A stretch of 33,722 nt of DNA, taken from the NCBI GenBank assembly GCA_002269645.1, contig NIVC01004838.1, positions 1 to 33,722 of the forward strand, written 5' to 3'. This document shows, piece after piece, positions 30,701 to 33,722 of the stretch (its first letter is position 1; every line of letters starts with the position of its first letter). Source of the DNA: Macrostomum lignano (lineage: Eukaryota). A program made the position numbers and the translations under genes. The notes under the pieces are model-generated. The model saw only the letters and a list, made by a program, of their open reading frames with translations. It did not search any database and had not been told where the DNA came from.

Positions 30701-33692
30701 AGTGCCTGGTATTCCTTTGAGCAAGATATCCATAACTTCCTGAAATATCAGTGGTGCTGCCGATATCCCAAATTGTAACTTGCGGAAGGCAAAATGTCCT
30801 ACGTGGGTGGATATACACGTAAGATCTAGACTTTCTGGCGTTAGGGGAATCTGCAAGAATGCGTCTTCGAGGTCGAGCACTGAATACACTTTCGAATTTG
30901 GGATCTTTTGAAGGATTTATTTCAAAGTTGGCAGTCGATATCGATCTCGGTCTATCAGTCTGTTGAGAGTGACTGAATAGTCTCCACACAGTCTAATGGG
31001 TCTCTTTGATCCTTCTGGTTTCAACACAGGAACAATAGGGCACGATACCTTAGGCGAGTGAACTGGGTAGATGATACCTGCACTTTCCAGTCTTTTCAGC
31101 TCCAGTTCAACCAAAGTTTTAATTGAGAACGGAAGGGATCTGGCAGGAAAGCACATTCCATCGGTAGAGGCCCCGTCCTTCAGGCGAAAGCTGGCCTGGA
31201 ATCTTGAATTTTCATCACACTGCACTGGATGGCACAGAAATTCGTCTACCGTCAATAGGTTGAAGGCACGAATAACATTTATTCCCAAAATGGCTTGACT
31301 AGATGGGTCCCCGACATATATGTCTCCGCATGCCGTTTTGCCGTTTCTCAGCTCAATTGTGACGTCCTTAGCCATGCCTCGTACGGAAACTGAAGCTCCC
31401 CCGAAAACTTTGAGTGATCGAATGTCCGCGTCAACCATGTGCAATCCGGCTTGCTCTACGATGGTTACTGGCAAAATTGTTACCTGACTACCAGAGTCGA
31501 CGCACATATGGACTGTGGAATCACCGATCGTGCAGACTATTTTCCAGAGTTCGTCGCATGGAGTAGCCTTGATCACCGAGTACACAGCTGAATCAGGTGG
31601 ATCAGCGTCGGTTGCTTCAACTTCCGCGTACGTGACTTTCTTGCTGCCACCGATGTTGGACCTGCATGCTCTGGCAATGTGCCCGGTTTTTCCGCACTTG
31701 TGACATGTCGCATTACGGAACTTGCAGGTATTTCTAAGATGACCCGGGTTACCACAGGAATGGCAGCTAGACTTAGAATGATTCGGCGTTGTTGGCATTG
31801 GCCTGGATACCGTTGGATACTTTTGGTTGCTGCCGGTCTTCTTGTGAGTGGTTTTCTGCACTGCTGCGACGGTTTTGCTCAAATCAGTGGCTTGAGATAC
31901 GGACTCCGATAAGAGACTATCCTTAACCGCAGTCTCTAGATCCAGCTTTTCCTTCACTAGTAATTTTTGATTCAGAGAATTATCAGCCAGTCCGAAAATA
32001 TACTGAGAAAGAATTAACTCTTCTCGCAGGTTGCCGAATTCGCATTTGTTGGCCTGTGTCTTCAGTCTCTCCAAAAACTTTGTCACCGACTCACCCTGTA
32101 TTTAGACCATGGTATGTAGCAGATGTCTGTCGTAGTGAAGAAGGCGCTTGGGTTTCAAGTGGCTCAGTACCGCTTCTTTGATGAAATCGAACGTACACTT
32201 TGTATCGTTTAAAATGTCTTCTGGCTGCACAAGTGTCTCAATCAGTGAAAATGCGGCATCTCCACAAGTAGCAAGTAGAACGGCTTTGCTCTGGTCATTC
32301 TTTTCCGTTGCGCTAATGTAAAAACCGAGGCGCTTGAAATACTGTTCGACATCGGGGTAGCACAGCGGCATCTCCCCCAGTCGGAAGTCGAGTCCGGAAG
32401 ACATCGGGATGAAGATTTGGTGACTGCAGTATCGTCCCGCGGCGAATTAAATTTTCCTCGTCGCCATGTTGTACTTTTCGTAGTAACGAAGACGAATGCA
32501 AGGTGCCGAGTTAGGAAGAGATCGTAGATGCATGCAGCGCGTATATTTTTCAGCAGCGAAGTAGCTGGCTGCTATACTTAAAATATGAATAAGGCTTCGC
32601 CCATAAACCATAGAACTTAAGTTCATACACAACAGAAAGAATCCATGGCCGGATAGATAATAAAAAGAAAGGAGTAAAACAACGCAAACAGCGAAAAACA
32701 AAGTATAAGACTCGATTCATATTCTGTGGAAGTTATTTTGCACAACAGAACAGCTCATATTCAAAATCGTACTGAAACAGCTAAAAAATCCATTTGATTA
32801 TCAAAAGCGTTGGTGCTTTATCAAATGCTCGAACAAATAACAGTCGCGTTAAAATCACGATTCTCAGTTCCAGACAAGCTCAGCCCGATGGATATTCGAG
32901 TTCCCGGTGCTGCTGACGCCGATCCATCTCACAATCCACGTCACCAACGGGTCTCTGCAGCCGGAGGAAGTGTCCCTCTGGGGCGTCCAGGCCAGCCCCT
33001 GTCCGCCAGGCTTCACCCCACACGGAGACATCTGCCTGCACTTCGGCGCCGTGAAGGCTCTGCAGAGCAGTGCACACAGATTGTGCAGCTCCTACTTCTG
33101 GGCTGGTGGCCGAGGCAGCTTACTGATGCCGAAGGACGCGGCCGTGATGAGCTTCCTGAGTGTTTGGTGAGTCTGATGTGGTATTAGGACTGCACTAGGT
33201 ATATGACTGTGGTATTAGTGCTGCGGTAAGTTAGTCATTCGAGTAACAACCATGGAGCAAAAAAACTGAAGCGTTCAACATTTCCCTCTCCGTTAGGAAG
33301 AGCATTCAGTTAATGAGGTGATAACTAAAATCGAGTTAGTGTAAAGATCATGCAGGACTTGTGATTCGGTTAAGATTGAGCGCTCGTAGAACAGATAAAA
33401 AACTTAGATAAAATTACAAAACAAACGCGTAGCTACAAATACAATTTACCGTGAAGTAATTTAATACTCTCCTCATTCAGGAACGATTTTGAATTTCACA
33501 TCGGGATGCAGCGGAACGACTCCGGCTGGTTCTGGTTCGACGGCACAGCGGTGCCAAACTCCCACTGGAAGCTCGGCCAGCCGTCTGAGATCTACGGCGT
33601 GTACAGCACAATGCAAGCGTCCATCGTTGCACACGAAGCTGGGACCAAGGAGATGTTCGCCTGCCAGCTGCCGCAGGCACCCCAACGAAACG
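12698..33692 (+). CDS. Large multi-exon secreted mosaic lectin-like protein: discoidin/F5-8C-like x6-7, C-type-lectin-like x2, kringle-like, F-type-lectin-like and further uncertain modules; at least 1529 aa, 3' end beyond the window
   Basis: 25 exons with GT/AG borders and consecutive phase compatibility, no internal stop, 4588 nt in total: 12698-12785, 12911-13257, 14558-14714, 15804-16021, 16562-16691, 16780-16948, 17806-18005, 18080-18322, 18596-18718, 18806-18937, 19044-19130, 19206-19346, 21873-22042, 22169-22496, 22635-22705, 22788-22940, 23543-23684, 25334-25558, 25888-26027, 26121-26214, 26305-26675, 27376-27526, 27612-27808, 32868-33166, 33481-33692. Manual model; some acceptors have in-frame alternatives (17776, 27328). 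Confidence 0.85.
12911..13257 (+). CDS. Exon 2: discoidin/F5-8C-like domain 1, N-terminal part
   Basis: Acceptor cggcag|; SPMGLG...[20 protein letters not shown]...VTRFYAGHS; donor aag|gtgact (phase 0). Confidence 0.8.
14558..14714 (+). CDS. Exon 3: discoidin-like domain 1, C-terminal part
   Basis: ccctcag|[52 protein letters not shown] g|gtacgt; resembles the F5/8C ending P-I-x-x-R...W...LRLEL-x-G-C. Confidence 0.82.
14727..15225. repeat. (ATTCT)n pentanucleotide microsatellite, about 100 units, with ATTCC/ATTTT/ATTAT interruptions
   Basis: Directly visible; starts about 12 nt after the exon 3 donor. Confidence 0.99.
15487..15611 (+). repeat. Unclassified dispersed repeat, copy B
   Basis: gcacagagagtgcacatgcctgacgattagaaa...gtgtgctcagaagtcggcggaatgagcagaattgtctcag. 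Confidence 0.8.
15804..16021 (+). CDS. Exon 4: reduced discoidin-like domain 2, N-terminal part
   Basis: ccctcag|(A)CPLIDSSD...[18 protein letters not shown]...FWLSYQ...SLWT|gtgagc, phase 1 to 0. Confidence 0.78.
16250..16288 (+). repeat. Unclassified dispersed repeat, short copy C, preceded by degenerate (ccctaa)-like units at about 16184-16221
   Basis: gacacagagatttacatgcctgacggttagaaagtcaa. Confidence 0.7.
16562..16691 (+). CDS. Exon 5: reduced discoidin-like domain 2, C-terminal part
   Basis: tgtccag|[43 protein letters not shown] g|gttagt, phase 0 to 1. Confidence 0.75.
16780..16948 (+). CDS. Exon 6: C-type lectin-like domain 1, N-terminal part
   Basis: [53 protein letters not shown], a typical CTL start (CPxGW...C...W..A...C); donor cc|gtaatt (phase 2). 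Confidence 0.85.
17151..17453 (-). mobile_element. tRNA-derived SINE with CORE-like central domain, copy 1
   Basis: Minus strand: ggggatgtagcctcgtggttagagcg (A box) ... ggttcgattcc (B box) ... gtgtccttgagcaagacacttaactctgcattgcttcagtccacccagctgtaaaatggg ... AT-rich tail; homologous to 24896-25200. Confidence 0.85.
17806..18005 (+). CDS. Exon 7: C-type lectin-like domain 1, C-terminal part
   Basis: [20 protein letters not shown]...PAPNCAAL...[15 protein letters not shown]; donor c|gtaagt. In-frame alternative acceptor at 17776. Confidence 0.85.
18080..18322 (+). CDS. Exon 8: Cys-containing module (weakly WSC-like, uncertain)
   Basis: atttcag|...[12 protein letters not shown]...[10 protein letters not shown]...SDC...QVKQ g|gtgaga, phase 1 to 1. 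Confidence 0.7.
18596..18718 (+). CDS. Exon 9: start of a discoidin-like domain
   Basis: catttag|[25 protein letters not shown]...KYE g|gtagct; C-x-x-P-L...A-S-S is a typical F5/8C start. Confidence 0.75.
18806..19130 (+). CDS. Exons 10-11 (18806-18937, 19044-19130): six-Cys kringle-like module
   Basis: [41 protein letters not shown]|[29 protein letters not shown], matching the kringle start C...G..Y.G....T..G..C..W; flanked by phase-1 introns. Confidence 0.7.
19206..19346 (+). CDS. Exon 12: probable continuation of the discoidin-like domain begun in exon 9
   Basis: tttttag|[47 protein letters not shown] g|gtatat, phase 1 to 1. Confidence 0.68.
19668..19729. repeat. (TA)n tracts bracketed by cc/gg, next to the LINE 3' end
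   Basis: cctatatatatatatatatagg (19668-19689) and gtcctatatatatataagg (about 19713-19731). Confidence 0.85.
19741..21005 (-). mobile_element. 5'-truncated, decayed non-LTR retrotransposon (RTE-like reverse transcriptase)
   Basis: [51 protein letters not shown] and an RTE-type C-terminus (LVGHCLR...RRGQGR). Frameshift from a 7-nt tandem duplication (caaatgg x2 on the minus strand, about 20920-20933); further break near 20083. Ends are approximate. Confidence 0.9.
21873..22496 (+). CDS. Exons 13-14 (21873-22042, 22169-22496): beta-rich module, weakly resembling the Methyltransf_FA (FAMeT-like) domain
   Basis: Phases run 1 to 0 to 1. [16 protein letters not shown]...[14 protein letters not shown] recalls the FAMeT-like W-I-S-W...V-x-Y-V-G-F-x-T-G pattern; the domain call is low confidence. 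Confidence 0.65.
22635..23684 (+). CDS. Exons 15-17 (22635-22705, 22788-22940, 23543-23684): discoidin/F5-8C-like domain
   Basis: MWAPGN...REYIQ|[15 protein letters not shown]...[11 protein letters not shown]|...[13 protein letters not shown]...WMLYGC; canonical YSxDG and terminal LYGC. Confidence 0.85.
23239..23330. repeat. Cluster of nested palindromes built from ttctgtacaga
   Basis: 13-bp stem 23243-23255/23261-23273, perfect 16-bp palindrome tgttctgtacagaaca at 23282-23297, and 18-bp stem 23284-23301/23311-23328. Confidence 0.85.
24628..24745 (-). repeat. Unclassified dispersed repeat, copy D
   Basis: Reverse complement reads gacacagagagtgcacatgtctgatagttagaaagtcag...gagtgcgtgcctgcgtacagtattagcgc. 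Confidence 0.78.
24896..25200 (+). mobile_element. tRNA-derived SINE with CORE-like central domain, copy 2
   Basis: ggggttgtagcctagtgttatagagcg...ggttcgattctc...gtgtccttgaacaaaacgctaaactctgcattgcttcagttcacccagctgtaaaatgggtgccagcattagctgggg...gcgcaatagctgcggctgagctgtcggttg...(tta/tca) tail; collinear with copy 1. Confidence 0.85.
25334..26214 (+). CDS. Exons 18-20 (25334-25558, 25888-26027, 26121-26214): F-type lectin/FTP-like domain
   Basis: AGRINDG...[21 protein letters not shown] and terminal LARLVGV...[12 protein letters not shown] match the FTP pattern A-x-D-G...P-W-x-x-V-D-L...L-x-L-C-E-V-E-V. Confidence 0.78.
26305..27526 (+). CDS. Exons 21-22 (26305-26675, 27376-27526): discoidin/F5-8C-like domain
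   Basis: [19 protein letters not shown]...MRLQYSPD...|...[14 protein letters not shown]...[12 protein letters not shown]; donors acc|gtaagc and a|gtgagt. Confidence 0.82.
27612..27808 (+). CDS. Exon 23: reduced discoidin-like domain, N-terminal part
   Basis: attgcag|...[16 protein letters not shown]...LSFYVSYSD...KWL|gtgagt, phase 1 to 0; paralogous to exon 4. Confidence 0.78.
28373..28540 (-). repeat. 3' LTR
   Basis: Matches 32467-32634; preceded on the minus strand by purine-rich aaaatgtggggg (PPT-like, 28541-28552). Confidence 0.97.
28613..32404 (-). pseudogene. Single-frame gag-pol polyprotein (1264 codons) interrupted by three in-frame stops
   Basis: Two CCHC knuckles ([28 protein letters not shown]), protease VDSGS, RT LDLEDAF/YQDD, RNase [10 protein letters not shown], integrase HHCC and DDE core. 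Stops at 32102-32104 (TAA), 30917-30919 (TAA) and 30653-30655 (TAG); no frameshift. Confidence 0.93.
32455..32466 (-). promoter_or_regulatory. Primer-binding site, complementary to the tRNA-Ser(GCU) 3' end
   Basis: TGGCGACGAGGA directly after the 5' LTR; animal tRNA-Ser(GCU) ends ...UCCUCGUCG-CCA (from memory). Confidence 0.8.
32467..32634 (-). repeat. 5' LTR
   Basis: 167/168 identical to 28373-28540; the only difference is atattttcc versus atatttttc. Confidence 0.97.
32868..33166 (+). CDS. Exon 24: end of the reduced discoidin-like domain plus C-type lectin-like domain 2, N-terminal part
   Basis: ttctcag|[21 protein letters not shown]...[23 protein letters not shown]...[29 protein letters not shown]; donor tg|gtgagt. 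Confidence 0.85.
33481..33692 (+). CDS. Exon 25: C-type lectin-like domain 2, C-terminal part (gene probably continues past the window)
   Basis: cattcag|...[31 protein letters not shown]...MFACQ; probable donor g|gtgcgt at 33693. Confidence 0.82.
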
Positions 33693-33722
33693 GTGCGTTA
33701 AACACTTAAGCATTTTGCAAAA

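Larger units (their letters stand above)
28373..32634 (-). mobile_element. Full-length Ty3/gypsy LTR retrotransposon (Mag-like), 4262 bp
   Basis: Two 168-bp LTRs (TGTTG...CAACA), a 5-bp TSD gaaag (28368-28372 and 32635-32639), PBS, PPT, and gag-PR-RT-RH-IN domain order. Confidence 0.97.
28018..32670 (-). mobile_element. Short 3' relic of a non-LTR retrotransposon (C-terminal Zn-knuckle region), split by the LTR element into 32635-~32670 and 28018-28372
   Basis: Removing the LTR element and one TSD copy restores [21 protein letters not shown]...EETKEH and, after a frameshift, [13 protein letters not shown]. This matches the L-T-G-H...H-L...C..C...E-T..H....C-P...R...L-G tail of R1/I-group LINEs. 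Short agtagtaagtaaa tail. Confidence 0.65.

Noticed and set aside
2177-32104. Alternative genetic code (TAA/TAG read as Gln or Glu), suggested by five in-frame stops at Q/E/K-like positions in the gypsy element and channel pseudogene
   Set aside because: The intact channel gene ends in TAA right after M4. The 4.6-kb spliced host CDS and the 1.3-kb intact gene contain no internal TAA or TAG. The stops are mostly single-base changes (CAA, GAA or GAG to stop) in sequences that are otherwise decaying or are transposon copies.

Overview
Animal genomic DNA with GT-AG introns and the standard genetic code. A lophotrochozoan, possibly a Macrostomum-like flatworm, is my inference from gene and repeat style only. 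Left third (minus strand): a head-to-tail array of three intronless, divergent nAChR-like Cys-loop channel genes. One is intact (6286-7590), one has a single 2-nt frameshift (8827-10129) and one is a multiply disabled pseudogene (1615-2902). All keep a cation-type GEK pore but lack the loop B Trp, the loop A Asp and the vicinal Cys pair. A Tc1/IS630-like DNA transposon with DD33E spacing and asymmetric inverted repeats, plus several hairpins, lies between the first two genes. A GC-rich 15-bp minisatellite (about 91 units) separates the array from a divergently oriented plus-strand gene that the ORF track shows only as fragments. I reconstructed that gene by hand as 25 phase-compatible exons (12698 to at least 33692, at least 1529 aa, running off the right edge). 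It encodes a secreted mosaic of discoidin/F5-8C-like, C-type-lectin-like, kringle-like and F-type-lectin-like domains, with an internally duplicated module. Its introns hold an (ATTCT)n tract, two tRNA/CORE-like SINEs, a truncated RTE-like LINE, and a full-length young Ty3/gypsy (Mag-like) LTR element nested inside an older LINE relic. Family and domain names come from motif recognition by eye; no database searches were run.
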